NCBI GenBank assembly: GCA_965116885.1
Contig: OZ220741.1
Span: 448,001 to 512,000, forward strand
Length of the DNA stretch: 64,000 nt
Source: Candidatus Latescibacterota bacterium
Lineage (GTDB): Bacteria > Latescibacterota > UBA2968
Direction: 5' to 3'
Shown: in pieces, positions 29,269 through 39,713 of the stretch
How positions within the stretch are numbered: position 1 is the first letter of the stretch
Layout: each line of letters begins with the position of its first letter
Translations under genes and position numbers: made by a program
The notes under the pieces: generated by a model
The model's database searches: none
The model's input: the letters and a program-made list of their open reading frames with translations, nothing else
What the model was told of the DNA's origin: nothing

Positions 29269-29393
29269 GCAAGCCTCCTTTGAAAAGGGGGAAGAAAAAA
29301 TAGACTTACACTCTATCGCAAGATATGGCGCATGGCAACGCCATGCAAACAGTTTCTCTAACGCACAGGTGAACCGTCTTGGGATACGACCCG

Positions 29394-30539
29394 TTATTTA
29401 TTTTTTTCTTTATCTAATTTTTCAAGTGCTTTTCGGGCAGATTCTTGTTTGGGCCTCCACTTGAGAGCTGTTTGGAACGCTTCGCGAGCCTTTTGGATTT
29501 CGTTTTGATGAAGATAAATTTCCCCTATCCGGTTATATGCGTTACCTCTTGTCCGGTCTGAACCTGGCGGTAAAATTTGCAGACACGCTTTGAAGTATTC
29601 AAGACCGAGGTCAAGTCTGTCTCCAGATTCCGCCAATATGCGTCCCAAAGCGTATAATGCATTCATTTTACGTGCTTGAAATGTTATTATCTTTTCAAAT
29701 GATGAAATAGTTGTATCGCGCCTTACCGATAGGGAATCGGTCGTTATTTGGAGACATTGTTCCGCAGTGCGATATGCTCGATCAAGTTGTTTGAAACTCA
29801 GCAAATAGGTACGGAGCGCACTTAAGGCACGACTGGAAAAAGGGTGTTGTTGCACATAAGATTCGAGCAACTCAACGGCTTCTTCAAGGCGTTCTGTTCG
29901 ACTGAGATACCCGCTAAGCTGTAAAACGGGTAATTCACTGGATGGGTCTTTTTCTAACGCGGCCCTCAATTCTCGTTCGGCTTTATCCAACTCATCTTTT
30001 CTGCGATAAATTGTAGCTTGTGCTAAATGCCCCCTGATGGGATCGCGCATCTTAATCTGATCAGCCTGATTTTGGGCTTCTTTTTTCTTTCCCCCAAAAA
30101 TACCCGGTGCATAGAGGTGATATCCCATCAAGCGAAATCGCGCCTCAATGTGATCCGGGTCTAAGGCAATGGCTTTTTCAAGAGATTTTTTTGTATTGCG
30201 GGCGTGTCCGGGCTTCCTGAAAATGCTGGCTTTCATCGCTTTTTGACCATAAATTTGCGCCAGCCACCAGTAATAATCGGCATTTTGGGAATCGGATTTA
30301 GTGGCTTTCTCAAAATGGTCAAAAGCATCATCTGTTCTGCCATCCCAAGCTGCTAATCGCCCCAAAAAGAAGTGTATCTCGCCTTTATCCGACGATGTTT
30401 TTAAGAGCGTTTGTAAATGCGCCTCTGCTTCCTCATAGTGCCCGGCAATAAATGCGTCAAAAACCTGGCGCAACGACGCCTCGGCCTTTCCCATCGAGAG
30501 CAGAACCCACAGAACCAGAATTAAATATCTCAAACGCAT
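29394..30539 (-). CDS. Secreted tetratricopeptide repeat protein
   Basis: Signal peptide and multiple TPR-like units ([31 protein letters not shown]). Confidence 0.85.
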   Translation of the reverse strand: MRLRYLILVLWVLLSMGKAEASLRQVFDAFIAGHYEEAEAHLQTLLKTSSDKGEIHFFLGRLAAWDGRTDDAFDHFEKATKSDSQNADYYWWLAQIYGQKAMKASIFRKPGHARNTKKSLEKAIALDPDHIEARFRLMGYHLYAPGIFGGKKKEAQNQADQIKMRDPIRGHLAQATIYRRKDELDKAERELRAALEKDPSSELPVLQLSGYLSRTERLEEAVELLESYVQQHPFSSRALSALRTYLLSFKQLDRAYRTAEQCLQITTDSLSVRRDTTISSFEKIITFQARKMNALYALGRILAESGDRLDLGLEYFKACLQILPPGSDRTRGNAYNRIGEIYLHQNEIQKAREAFQTALKWRPKQESARKALEKLDKEKNK

Positions 30540-30602
30540 TATTTTTTACCCCTTTCGCAATTTGGCGAGAAAGCAACTGCCCATTATACAACAGGAGAAA
30601 CA

Positions 30603-31211
30603 ATGAAAACACTTTACTACGTCGCCGACCCCATGTGTTCCTGGTGCTGGGGATTTCAACCAGTATTGGAAAAAGTAAAAGAAGCCGTACCCGAAGAATT
30701 GGCACCCGTATATATCATGGGTGGATTGGCGCGAGACACCGATGACCCCATGCCCGATGTGATGCGGGCGCATATCCAGCGCGCCTGGCGCGAAGTCGCA
30801 GCCATAACAGGTGCGAGTTTCAACTGGGACTTTTGGGAAAAATGCAAACCGAGGCGATGCACATATCCATCTTGCAGGGCATTTTATGCGGCTCAAAATC
30901 AGGGAGCGGGAACTGAGATGTTCGAGGCGACTCAACGCGCCTATTACCGGGAAGCCCGCAATCCATCAGATACAGAGATCCTCGTCGCATTGGCGGGTGA
31001 AATCGGGTTAGACACGCAGCGATTTGCTCAAGATCTATCCTCACCCGAAACAGAACAGCAGATGCAGGATGGATTTAACATCAGGCGATCGATGAATGCC
31101 AATCAATTTCCAAGTCTCGTCGTAAGAAACAATGCGTCTGTAACCTTCATCACCAGAGGGTATAACAACGCGGAAAACGTATTGGCCTACCTGCACGCCG
31201 CACTAAAATAG
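30603..31211 (+). CDS. DsbA-family protein
   Basis: LYYVADPMCSWCWGF and the FPSLV cis-Pro motif. Confidence 0.9.
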   Translation: MKTLYYVADPMCSWCWGFQPVLEKVKEAVPEELAPVYIMGGLARDTDDPMPDVMRAHIQRAWREVAAITGASFNWDFWEKCKPRRCTYPSCRAFYAAQNQGAGTEMFEATQRAYYREARNPSDTEILVALAGEIGLDTQRFAQDLSSPETEQQMQDGFNIRRSMNANQFPSLVVRNNASVTFITRGYNNAENVLAYLHAALK

Positions 31212-31220
31212 ATAACCGCT

Positions 31221-31295
31221 GGGACGGCACAGGGGCCGTCCCCTACAATGATTGGTTAATCCGGTTTTTGTAGGGGCGACCCCCTGTGGTCGCCC
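31221..31295. repeat. Inverted pair of GTAG-type REPs (REPIN-like)
   Basis: gggacggcacaggggccgtcccctac ... gtaggggcgaccccctgtggtcgccc between convergent genes. Confidence 0.8.
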
Positions 31296-31308
31296 ACTGA
31301 CCGCTAAC

Positions 31309-31914
31309 CTATTCCCAGAGCCTGCGGACATCGAGTTCAAAATCGGGCAACACGGGATCGCCAGAAATGGTTTCCGGATCGGACAGACAAACGACCTCTT
31401 CACCTGGACGATAGACATAAACATTTCGCTCTCTCGGATCAATGAGCCAACCGAGTTGTGCGCCGTTATCGATATATTCCTGCATCTTATCTTTTATGGT
31501 ATCAAGGCGATCTTTACGAGAAAGCAGTTTGACGACAAAATCGGGACAAATTGGGGCAAACTCCTCCTGTTCATCTTCTGAAAGCACCTCCCACCGCTCT
31601 TTTCGAATCCACGCCAGATCGGGAGCACGAACAGCGCCATTGGGAAGGGTAAAACCCGCGGATGAATCAAAGCCAAAACCCGTTTCATCAGATTGCATCC
31701 AAATACCAAATTGGACAAGAAGTCCAAAATTCCGCTGCCCAGATTTGCTCCCCGTTGGTGGCATAATAATTATATCTCCATCGCAATTAAGTTCCATTCT
31801 CAAATCGGGATTGGCCTGACAAAATTCAAAAAACTCATGCCTGTCCATGTGCAATACAGGCCCGAAATGAATCGTAAGCGCATCCTGGTCTGTTTGTAAT
31901 GCAACCGCACTCAT
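31309..31914 (-). CDS. Uma2 (DUF820) family endonuclease-fold protein
   Basis: FDSSAGFTLPNGAVRAPDLAWI, ICPDFVV, KMQEYIDNGAQLGWLIDP. Confidence 0.9.
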   Translation of the reverse strand: MSAVALQTDQDALTIHFGPVLHMDRHEFFEFCQANPDLRMELNCDGDIIIMPPTGSKSGQRNFGLLVQFGIWMQSDETGFGFDSSAGFTLPNGAVRAPDLAWIRKERWEVLSEDEQEEFAPICPDFVVKLLSRKDRLDTIKDKMQEYIDNGAQLGWLIDPRERNVYVYRPGEEVVCLSDPETISGDPVLPDFELDVRRLWE

Positions 31915-32119
31915 GGAAAATCCTCCGAATGCAAAAATTAAGAGGGCCTTTTCTACTTATTTTAAAAAATACTCACAATCAAAATTTTGTGCAACCCGAT
32001 AAGCGCGTATTTCTCGTATATTCACAACACAGCGAACATCCCGCCTTGACATCCATAAGAAGTTTTTAAATATTAAAGCCCAATATATCTGCAACGAGAA
32101 ACAAGAGGAGATCACAAAA

Positions 32120-32542
32120 ATGGCTGACCAAAACATTCCGACACAAAATCAACAAAACGAACTGCTATTCATGCAACTGGTCATGATGTTTCAGGGCATG
32201 GCATTGCAAAACCTGGGCAAAGTGATGAACCCGGTAACCAACCAGATCGAGCGCAACCTGGAACAGGCCAAAAACATGATTGACATCCTGGGCATGCTGG
32301 ACGAAAAAACAAAAGGCAACTTAAACGACAACGAGGAAAAATTAATGGAACACGTATTATTTGAACTGCGAATGAACTATGTAGATGAACTCAAAAAGGA
32401 CGAAACGCCAGAAGAGCAAACAGAGGAAGAACAAGTGTCAGATAATAGCGCCGAAGACACAGCATCAGAAGCGCAGGCAACAGAAGAAGATCAGGCACCA
32501 GATAAAAATGCGAATAAAGAGAAAAAAGAAGACAGCGAATAA
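32120..32542 (+). CDS. DUF1844 domain protein
   Basis: ALQNLGKVMNP..NLEQAKNMIDILGMLDEKTKGNL..E..ELRMNYV and an acidic tail. Confidence 0.85.
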   Translation: MADQNIPTQNQQNELLFMQLVMMFQGMALQNLGKVMNPVTNQIERNLEQAKNMIDILGMLDEKTKGNLNDNEEKLMEHVLFELRMNYVDELKKDETPEEQTEEEQVSDNSAEDTASEAQATEEDQAPDKNANKEKKEDSE

Positions 32543-32599
32543 TATCTAACCAGTAACGATCAGCACACACTGGCGAAGCACAACAAAAAGATGACGGAC

Positions 32600-32625
32600 G
32601 GGACGGCACAGGGGCCGTCCCCTAC
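32600..32625. repeat. GTAG-type REP palindrome
   Basis: Identical to the copies at 14406 and 31221. Confidence 0.8.
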
Positions 32626-32678
32626 AACACAATGCCGCGATGACGGCTTTTATGTATAGTACATGCGGAGGAAAAAAA

Positions 32679-33191
32679 TTGAGCACATCCCAAAAGTGGT
32701 CAGCTTGCTGCTTACTGCTCATTATGTATCTACCTTTGAGTTGTGCTTATTACTCCACATCAGCCACGGGCAGTGGCGGCATCCGCTCCGTCGCTGTACC
32801 GCTGCTCGACAACGAAAGCCTCGAAGCCGGTATTCACCAGGCATTGACAGACAGCTTAATACAGGGATTTGTCTCTGATGCTGCCCTGCGCGTCGTCGAA
32901 GAAGATCAGGCCGATGCCGTATTGCAAGGCACGGTCCTCGAAATCAAAGAAGAACCCTTTACATATAGCGGTCAGGCGAGTGCCGAACAATATCAAATCT
33001 CCGTCTATGTAAAAATGGCCTTTTACGACACGCGGGAAAAACAAACACTCTGGGAAATTGACCGCATGCGCGGTTACGGCATCTACGACGCGGCGAGCCA
33101 GCGCGACCTCGCCCGCACACAAGGTATCGGCGACGCGCTGCGCATGCTCTCCAAAGACGTCGTAGATCGAACCCAGGTAGGAGGATGGTAA
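32679..33191 (+). CDS. lptE: LptE-family lipoprotein
   Basis: TTG start after GGAGG, lipobox PLSC, IRSVAVP..N, ADAVLQG, terminal W. Confidence 0.75.
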   Translation: MSTSQKWSACCLLLIMYLPLSCAYYSTSATGSGGIRSVAVPLLDNESLEAGIHQALTDSLIQGFVSDAALRVVEEDQADAVLQGTVLEIKEEPFTYSGQASAEQYQISVYVKMAFYDTREKQTLWEIDRMRGYGIYDAASQRDLARTQGIGDALRMLSKDVVDRTQVGGW

Positions 33192-33194
33192 CGT

Positions 33195-34133
33195 ATGCCT
33201 GAAAACAACGTCGTGGTCGATGACTTCATGCAATTGATCGGCGGAACGCCCCTGATACGCTTAAACAACCTGGCGACACCCGACATGGCCGAAGTCGTCG
33301 TCAAAATGGAATCCTTAAATCCGGCTCGCACGGTAAAAGACCGCATAGCCCTATCCATGGTCGAAGCCGCAGAACGCGACGGCCACTTAAAGCCCGGCAT
33401 GACCATCGTCGAACCTACCAGTGGCAACACGGGCATTGGTCTGGCAATGGTCGCAACCGCGCGCGGTTATCGCCTGATATTAACCATGCCCGACTCCATG
33501 AGCAGGGAACGACGCGACCTGCTCGAAAGTTATGGCGCCGAATTGATATTAACCCCGGGCGAACTCGACATGCCCGGCGCTGTCGCAGAAGCCGAACGGA
33601 TCGTAAACGAGTCACCCGAAACGACCTTTATGCCACAGCAATTTAACAACCCTGCCAATCCAGAAATACACCGCCAAACCACAGCCCGGGAAATATTAGA
33701 AGCCGTTGACGGCCACCTCGACGCCTTTGTCGCAGGCATAGGCACGGGAGGAACCATCACAGGCGTGGGTGAAGTCTTAAAAGCCGAATTAGACCACGTA
33801 CGCGTGATCGCCGTCGAACCCACCAAATCTCCGGTCCTATCGGGCGGAGAGCCAGCACTACACGGCATCCAGGGCATCGGTGCAGGATTTATTCCCTCAG
33901 TACTCAACCGCGATATTTTCGACACGCTAATATGCGTGCGCGATGAAGACGCCATAAAAACAGCTCGCAAACTCGGGCGCGAAGAAGGCATTTTAGCCGG
34001 CATATCAGCCGGGGCAAATGTATTCGCTGCCCTGCAAATCGCCCGCGACCTCGGACCGGGCAAGCGGGTCGCAACCATAATCTGCGACTCGGGCGAGCGG
34101 TACTTCAGCGTACCGGAGTTCTTACAAGCATAG
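33195..34133 (+). CDS. cysK: Cysteine synthase A
   Basis: IGGTPLIRL, NPARTVKDRIA, EPTSGNTGIGLA, GIGTGGT, QGIGAGF, DSGERY. Confidence 0.93.
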   Translation: MPENNVVVDDFMQLIGGTPLIRLNNLATPDMAEVVVKMESLNPARTVKDRIALSMVEAAERDGHLKPGMTIVEPTSGNTGIGLAMVATARGYRLILTMPDSMSRERRDLLESYGAELILTPGELDMPGAVAEAERIVNESPETTFMPQQFNNPANPEIHRQTTAREILEAVDGHLDAFVAGIGTGGTITGVGEVLKAELDHVRVIAVEPTKSPVLSGGEPALHGIQGIGAGFIPSVLNRDIFDTLICVRDEDAIKTARKLGREEGILAGISAGANVFAALQIARDLGPGKRVATIICDSGERYFSVPEFLQA

Positions 34134-34160
34134 TTGACCCCACTTACAACGGAGATCCTC

Positions 34161-35198
34161 ATGAGCAATATCCCCAACTACTTGAAAAATTACGCCGACC
34201 TCTACGCCGACAACCCGCGTGCTGCTGCACTACAATGGTTCCGCGAAGCGCGTTACGGCCTGTTCTTACACTACGGACTCTACTCTCTAATAGGACGACA
34301 CGAATGGGTGCAATTGCGGGAACTCATCCCTGTTGCCGAATACGCAAAACTCATCGACGACTTCACCGCTGAAAATTTCGATGCCGAGCGCATCGCGCAA
34401 TTTGCCGTTGACTGCGGGATGAAATACATCAACATCACCACGCGGCATCACGACTCATTCTGCTTATTCGACACAGCGGAAACGGACTTTAACAGCACCA
34501 ATGCCCCGGCGGGCCGCGACTTAATCAAAGAACTCGCCGAAGCGTGTGATCGCCACGCACTCGGATTGTGTTTATACTATTCCCATGGACGGGACTGGAA
34601 ACATCCACATGCCCCCAACAACGACGAATGGGGGGGACAGGCAAGACCCAAATACGATCTACCCGAACCGAGCTATGCCACTGGCTCCGCGCACAACTTG
34701 CAAATATATCTCGACTTTATGCAGGCACAAATCACAGAACTACTCACAAATTACGGACCCGTAGCCGCAATCTGGCTGGATGGAATTGGCGTTCTCAACA
34801 ACGGCGACAAAGCAAAATTTAAGTGTCAGGAACTCTACGACTACATCCATAGCGTACAACCACAGGTAATGGTCTCCTACAAACAGGGCTTGCTGGGCAC
34901 CGAAGACTTTCAGGCACCCGAACATCAGGCTGTAACACAGACAGACAAACCCATGGAAATTTGCACGACAATGTGTTCTGGACCGGGAGGAAAAGGCGTA
35001 TCGTGGGGCTATCTCGCCGAAGGGGGCCACCACAAAACTGAGGAAGAAGTTTGGCAGGCACTGACAGCAGCACGGGAAAGCGGTTGCAATCTATTGTTAA
35101 ACACCGGACCCCTGCCCGATGGATCACTCGATGAAAAAGATGTACCAGTACTGCTCGCAGTGGGCGAACGCATTCGCAAAGAGGGATTTCCGAAATAA
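34161..35198 (+). CDS. Alpha-L-fucosidase (GH29)
   Basis: WFREARYGLFLHYGLYS, TTRHHDSFCLF, ELLTNYG..IWLDG, NLLLNTGP. Confidence 0.88.
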   Translation: MSNIPNYLKNYADLYADNPRAAALQWFREARYGLFLHYGLYSLIGRHEWVQLRELIPVAEYAKLIDDFTAENFDAERIAQFAVDCGMKYINITTRHHDSFCLFDTAETDFNSTNAPAGRDLIKELAEACDRHALGLCLYYSHGRDWKHPHAPNNDEWGGQARPKYDLPEPSYATGSAHNLQIYLDFMQAQITELLTNYGPVAAIWLDGIGVLNNGDKAKFKCQELYDYIHSVQPQVMVSYKQGLLGTEDFQAPEHQAVTQTDKPMEICTTMCSGPGGKGVSWGYLAEGGHHKTEEEVWQALTAARESGCNLLLNTGPLPDGSLDEKDVPVLLAVGERIRKEGFPK

Positions 35199-35223
35199 AA
35201 AGAACCCCGCCCTACCACCCAAC

Positions 35224-35250
35224 GGGCGGGCACAGGGGCACCGCCCCTAC
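35224..35250. repeat. GTAG-type REP palindrome
   Basis: gggcgggcacaggggcaccgcccctac. Confidence 0.75.
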
Positions 35251-35324
35251 ATTGATTCGTAGATGAACTGGCCTGAGAGACGGCCAGTTGTACCCCGTTC
35301 TGTAGATTCGAGGAGCCTGACTTT

Positions 35325-37283
35325 GTGTCAGTACAAACAACCGACATACAGGAGGAACCCCAACCCCTGACACAGCGATCGCCCTGGTGGGCAATTGCAT
35401 TGGCTGTATTGATCACCGTATCAATCAACGCAATCATCCCCTATACCCATCACTACATGCACACCATATCACTGGTCGAAGGCATGATACCGATGGGTAT
35501 TTTTATGCCATTTCTGGTACTGATCTTTATTGTAAATCCCGTGCTGCGCGCGCTGGGATATGCATTACAACCCTGGGAATTGATCTTCATCTTTGCGGTG
35601 GGCTATGTAAGCATGTCCATCAATGAACTGCTCGGGCGCGTACTGGCAACCTATGCCGTAATGCACTACATGGCAACGCCGGAAAACCTCTGGGAAGAAT
35701 ACGTCTTTGGCCTCGTCCAACCCTATCTCGTAGTCGAAGATGCCAAAGATCAATTGGCCTGGTTTTACGAGGGCCTGCCTCGCAACGCAACGATACCCTG
35801 GGCAATCTGGATACGCCCCACATTCTGGTGGCTGAGCTTTATCGCCGCGCTCGGTCTGGGATCAGTCGCACTGGCGACAATCCTGCGCCGGCAATGGGTT
35901 GAACAAGAGCGGTTGCCCTTTCCCTTTGCACAAGTCGCCGAAGAACTGGCTGAGACAGCAGGACCAAAGGGATTTCCCGAATACATGAAACAGCCGCTAT
36001 TCTGGGCTGGCTTTTCCATTCCCGCAGTTATCGTCTTGTGGTACATCATCGGCTACTTCGACCCCAGCTTCCCCGTAATTACCATAGGGATCCAGAATCA
36101 CACAATCTCATTGGGAAGGTATGTGCCCTACCTGCACGGGCGACTCAACTTTTTAATTATCGGATTTGCATACTTTACCGATCTACAGGTCTTATTTTCA
36201 ATCTGGGTATTCTGGGTACTCACCTGGCTTCAAATAGGGATGACCAACCGGCTGGGCCTGGCAGAGGGCCTCGGCGAGTTTGCCGGCACGCGACAGCAAG
36301 CACTGGGGGGATTTATCGTGTTTTGTCTGTGGGGATTGTGGATTGCGCGAACCCACATAAAGGCGGTCTTCCAACAGGCATTTCGCCAGACAAAAAATAT
36401 GGACGACCAGAACGAATTGATGTCCTACCGTACAGCGGTCACCACATTTCTCACCTGTGCGCTATTTGCCATGTTCTGGTTATTCAAAGGAGGGATGACA
36501 CCGTTTTGGGCCGTATTGGTCACGGTATTCTGGTTTGTTTTTTACACCGGATTTGCCAAAATCGTAGCCATGACCGGACTCGTATTTCTGGAATCGCCCA
36601 GCAGCCTGGGCACGGGCATAATGGGATTCGCACCACCCGATTCACTGTCGTCAAACACAATCGCCATGCGGCAACAAGTGGGCAGCATGTATCAAAACGG
36701 CAAAAGCTTCACCATGCCCGCTGCCGCCCATGCCGCCCGGTTGAGCATCAACCTGGGCAATCGGGCGCGTGTACTGGGCTTGACCATCGCATTTGCATTT
36801 GTATTTTCCCTCATCGCCGCCGCCGCATCGACAATTTATCTGGGCTATACCGACGGCGCATTTAATTTTGGCTCGTACATGTTCCGGGTTGCCGCGCCGC
36901 GTTACTACGACGGCATAGTATCATCCATCCGCGACATAGGCAAAGAGACCCACTACGGTCTTCGAATGGCATTTACGGTATTTGGCGCGCTGACAATGGG
37001 CATCTTAACCCTCTGCCAATACCGATTCACCTGGTGGCCGCTCCATCCCATCGGATTTACAGTCGTAACCTTTTATTCGGCGCGCACCGCCATCTTGTCT
37101 GTATTTCTCACATGGCTGATTAAATTTATCATCTTCCGCCTGGGAGGAATCGCGCTGTATCGCAGGGCAAAACCCTTTTTTATCGGCATGATTGTGGGAT
37201 ACACCCTATCGCTCATTGTGAGCATGAGCGTCGATCTTTTATGGTTCCCCGGGCAAGGGCACAATCTGTATTGGGGAGACTGA
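35325..37283 (+). CDS. Large polytopic membrane protein, DUF6785/DUF6784 (OPT-like) type
   Basis: ILRRQWVEQERLPFP, WWPLHPIGF, GGIALYRRAKPFFIG. Confidence 0.75.
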   Translation: MSVQTTDIQEEPQPLTQRSPWWAIALAVLITVSINAIIPYTHHYMHTISLVEGMIPMGIFMPFLVLIFIVNPVLRALGYALQPWELIFIFAVGYVSMSINELLGRVLATYAVMHYMATPENLWEEYVFGLVQPYLVVEDAKDQLAWFYEGLPRNATIPWAIWIRPTFWWLSFIAALGLGSVALATILRRQWVEQERLPFPFAQVAEELAETAGPKGFPEYMKQPLFWAGFSIPAVIVLWYIIGYFDPSFPVITIGIQNHTISLGRYVPYLHGRLNFLIIGFAYFTDLQVLFSIWVFWVLTWLQIGMTNRLGLAEGLGEFAGTRQQALGGFIVFCLWGLWIARTHIKAVFQQAFRQTKNMDDQNELMSYRTAVTTFLTCALFAMFWLFKGGMTPFWAVLVTVFWFVFYTGFAKIVAMTGLVFLESPSSLGTGIMGFAPPDSLSSNTIAMRQQVGSMYQNGKSFTMPAAAHAARLSINLGNRARVLGLTIAFAFVFSLIAAAASTIYLGYTDGAFNFGSYMFRVAAPRYYDGIVSSIRDIGKETHYGLRMAFTVFGALTMGILTLCQYRFTWWPLHPIGFTVVTFYSARTAILSVFLTWLIKFIIFRLGGIALYRRAKPFFIGMIVGYTLSLIVSMSVDLLWFPGQGHNLYWGD

Positions 37284-37380
37284 GAGAAGTGAGAAGGAAG
37301 AAGTGAGAAGACCGCCCAACACCGCCCTAAAACGGTGCTTTATACTACTTCACACTTCAAACTTCACACTTCCTACTTCA
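37284..37380. repeat. Opposed heptamer repeat arrays
   Basis: gagaagt/gagaagg/aagaagt/gagaag facing tacttca/cacttca/aacttca/cacttcc/tacttca. Confidence 0.7.
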
Positions 37381-37861
37381 AAACCTGCGACACCCAATCG
37401 GACAATCGGGTATTGAGCGGTTTTAACATCACGAGTGCATCTTCGCGAGGGTGTGTATAATACGCTTTTCTGATCGCTATAGTCTCAAATCCCATCTTCT
37501 TATAGAGATCAATCGCAGCACAATTGGACATACGCACCTCCAGAGACACCACCTGCGCCATTTTCTCCAACAGATCAAATACAGCTTTTAGCGTTTTTCT
37601 GCCCAGCCCCTTTCTTTGAAAATCAGGCGCAATAGCCAAATTCACCAGATGAAATTCCCGACCAATCAAAAAACCCACAACATAGCCCGCAATCTCGCAC
37701 CCGACCATAACCACCCGGCAAAAACCATTTTCGCGATTCCGCGCAAACTCAAAATCACGGCGTGTCCAGGGAGTGGGAAAAACTGCCATTTCAATCTTTA
37801 TAACCCGGTCAAAATGCGAAGGGAGCATCTCCACCAACACGGGTGTCATCGAATTATCCAT
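37373..37861 (-). CDS. rimI: Ribosomal protein S18-alanine N-acetyltransferase
   Basis: FPTPW, NLAIAPDFQRKGLG, LEVRMSN..AIDLY..MGF..RKAYY..EDALVM. Confidence 0.9.
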   Translation of the reverse strand: MDNSMTPVLVEMLPSHFDRVIKIEMAVFPTPWTRRDFEFARNRENGFCRVVMVGCEIAGYVVGFLIGREFHLVNLAIAPDFQRKGLGRKTLKAVFDLLEKMAQVVSLEVRMSNCAAIDLYKKMGFETIAIRKAYYTHPREDALVMLKPLNTRLSDWVSQVLK

Positions 37862-38558
37862 CACCACTCAACCGCGCTTCTCGCACGCGCTCTGCTTGTG
37901 TTCGCCGCAAATAAAAAGGCTCTGCCGTCTCCGCATCATCCACCTCTCCCCGTTCGCAACGCGCCTGCCCCAGCAGCGCAACAGCCCCAGCAGTGGGGCG
38001 ACCCAGAGTTGCATTTGCAAAGAACGCATCTCGCCCCAACGCATCGACAATAACATCGCGATAAGCCTGGACACCATCTCCCACCACAGTCACGGGGCGC
38101 GGCAGGCGCGTGACCCAATTGGAAACCGCATCAGCTCTATCGGGCATTTTCGAAATCGGATCCCCCGCAACGAGATCATATACCCCCGCATATACATCGC
38201 CTCGCCGAGCATCCAGCATTGGACAAACCGGCACCCCCTCTACCCCCGTCCCAAAAGCCATTGCCGCAAGGGTTGACACACGCACAAATTTCAGATCCGC
38301 CCCGCGGCACAGCCCCTTCGCCAGGCCCATACCGATACGCAACCCCGTAAACGACCCGGGACCAGCAGCCACAGCCACGCCATCCAGATCGCCAACACTT
38401 AAACCCGCCTCCCGCAACGCCATCTCAACCATCGGCTGCAACCGTTCCGAATGATGTGAACCCAATTCCAGCGTGTATTCCACAACCACGCGGGCATCGC
38501 AGGCCAAAGCCACACTGCATACCGATGTTGAAGTCTCAATACCCAAAAAAAATTTCAA
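37854..38558 (-). CDS. tsaB: tRNA t6A biosynthesis protein TsaB
   Basis: LGIETS, HSERL, GPGSFTGLRIG, LDARRGDVY, EPFYLR. Confidence 0.93.
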   Translation of the reverse strand: MKFFLGIETSTSVCSVALACDARVVVEYTLELGSHHSERLQPMVEMALREAGLSVGDLDGVAVAAGPGSFTGLRIGMGLAKGLCRGADLKFVRVSTLAAMAFGTGVEGVPVCPMLDARRGDVYAGVYDLVAGDPISKMPDRADAVSNWVTRLPRPVTVVGDGVQAYRDVIVDALGRDAFFANATLGRPTAGAVALLGQARCERGEVDDAETAEPFYLRRTQAERVREARLSGDG

Positions 38559-38582
38559 CTTACAATACCTTGTCGATCAAAC

Positions 38583-38653
38583 GGGCGAGGCATGCCTCGC
38601 CCCTACAACAGCGGACGAAAATTTTTATGGGGCGAAAAATTTTTCGCCCCTAC
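38583..38653. repeat. Two GTAG-type REP palindromes
   Basis: Near-identical to the pair at 1599-1657. Confidence 0.8.
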
Positions 38654-38669
38654 GATACAATGTCAACCT

Positions 38670-39695
38670 TCAAAACAACTTACTTTGTGACTCTTCTCCA
38701 GGCGGCGTCTTCCCCAAATGCAAATACGCCCGCGCCGTTGCCTGACGCCCCCGATGCGTGCGCACCAGGAACCCCTCCTGAATCAGATAGGGTTCATACA
38801 CTTCCTCCAGCGTATCTGTCTCTTCACTCAGCGCAGCACCCAGATTATTTAAGCCAACGGGACCACCTTCGAATTTATCGATCAGCGTTTCCAACAATCG
38901 CCGATCCATTTCATCCAACCCCTTTGCATCCACCCCCAGCAATGCCAGCGCCTTAACCGCAACTTCTTCTGTAATCACGCCATCGGCACGCACCTGTGCA
39001 TAATCGCGAGACCGCGACAACTGACGCCCGGCAATGCGCGCTGTTCCCCGCGACCTGTGGGCAATCACGCGCGCGGCATCCTCTTCAATCTCAATACCCA
39101 AAATACGCGCCGCCCTCATCACAATGGCCTGCAACTCTTCCGGGGCGTAAAAATCCAGCCGCTCCATCAACCCAAAGCGCGATCGCATCGGTGCCGTAAG
39201 CAGTCCCAATCGCGTTGTTGCGCCCACCATAGTAAAGGGTTCAAGCGGAATTTGATACGACCTGGCACTCGGCCCGCTATCGATCATAATATCCAGCGTA
39301 AAATCCTCCATCGCCGAATACAAATGCTCTTCTACCACCCGATTCATGCGATGAATCTCGTCGATAAACAGCACATCGCGCTCATTCAAATTCGTCAAAA
39401 TCCCCGCCAGATCAGCCGGGCGCTCAAGCACCGGCCCCGATGTCACATGAATTTCAACCCCAAGCTCGTGCGCGATCACATAAGCCATCGTCGTTTTGCC
39501 CAAACCGGGAGGCCCGTGCAACAAAATATGGCCCATAGCCTCATTGCGATGACGCGCTGCCTCCACAGCAATACGCAAATTCGTCTTCGCCTTTTCTTGC
39601 CCGACCATATCGTCAAATCGAATCGGACGAATCCGTTGATCGTGCTCAAATTCGTCGCCATCCTGAAATTCGGGATCGGTAAATCGTTCATCCAT
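38670..39695 (-). CDS. ruvB: Holliday junction branch migration helicase RuvB
   Basis: [38 protein letters not shown]. Confidence 0.97.
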   Translation of the reverse strand: MDERFTDPEFQDGDEFEHDQRIRPIRFDDMVGQEKAKTNLRIAVEAARHRNEAMGHILLHGPPGLGKTTMAYVIAHELGVEIHVTSGPVLERPADLAGILTNLNERDVLFIDEIHRMNRVVEEHLYSAMEDFTLDIMIDSGPSARSYQIPLEPFTMVGATTRLGLLTAPMRSRFGLMERLDFYAPEELQAIVMRAARILGIEIEEDAARVIAHRSRGTARIAGRQLSRSRDYAQVRADGVITEEVAVKALALLGVDAKGLDEMDRRLLETLIDKFEGGPVGLNNLGAALSEETDTLEEVYEPYLIQEGFLVRTHRGRQATARAYLHLGKTPPGEESQSKLF

Positions 39696-39713
39696 AAAAT
39701 AGCCTTATGACCG

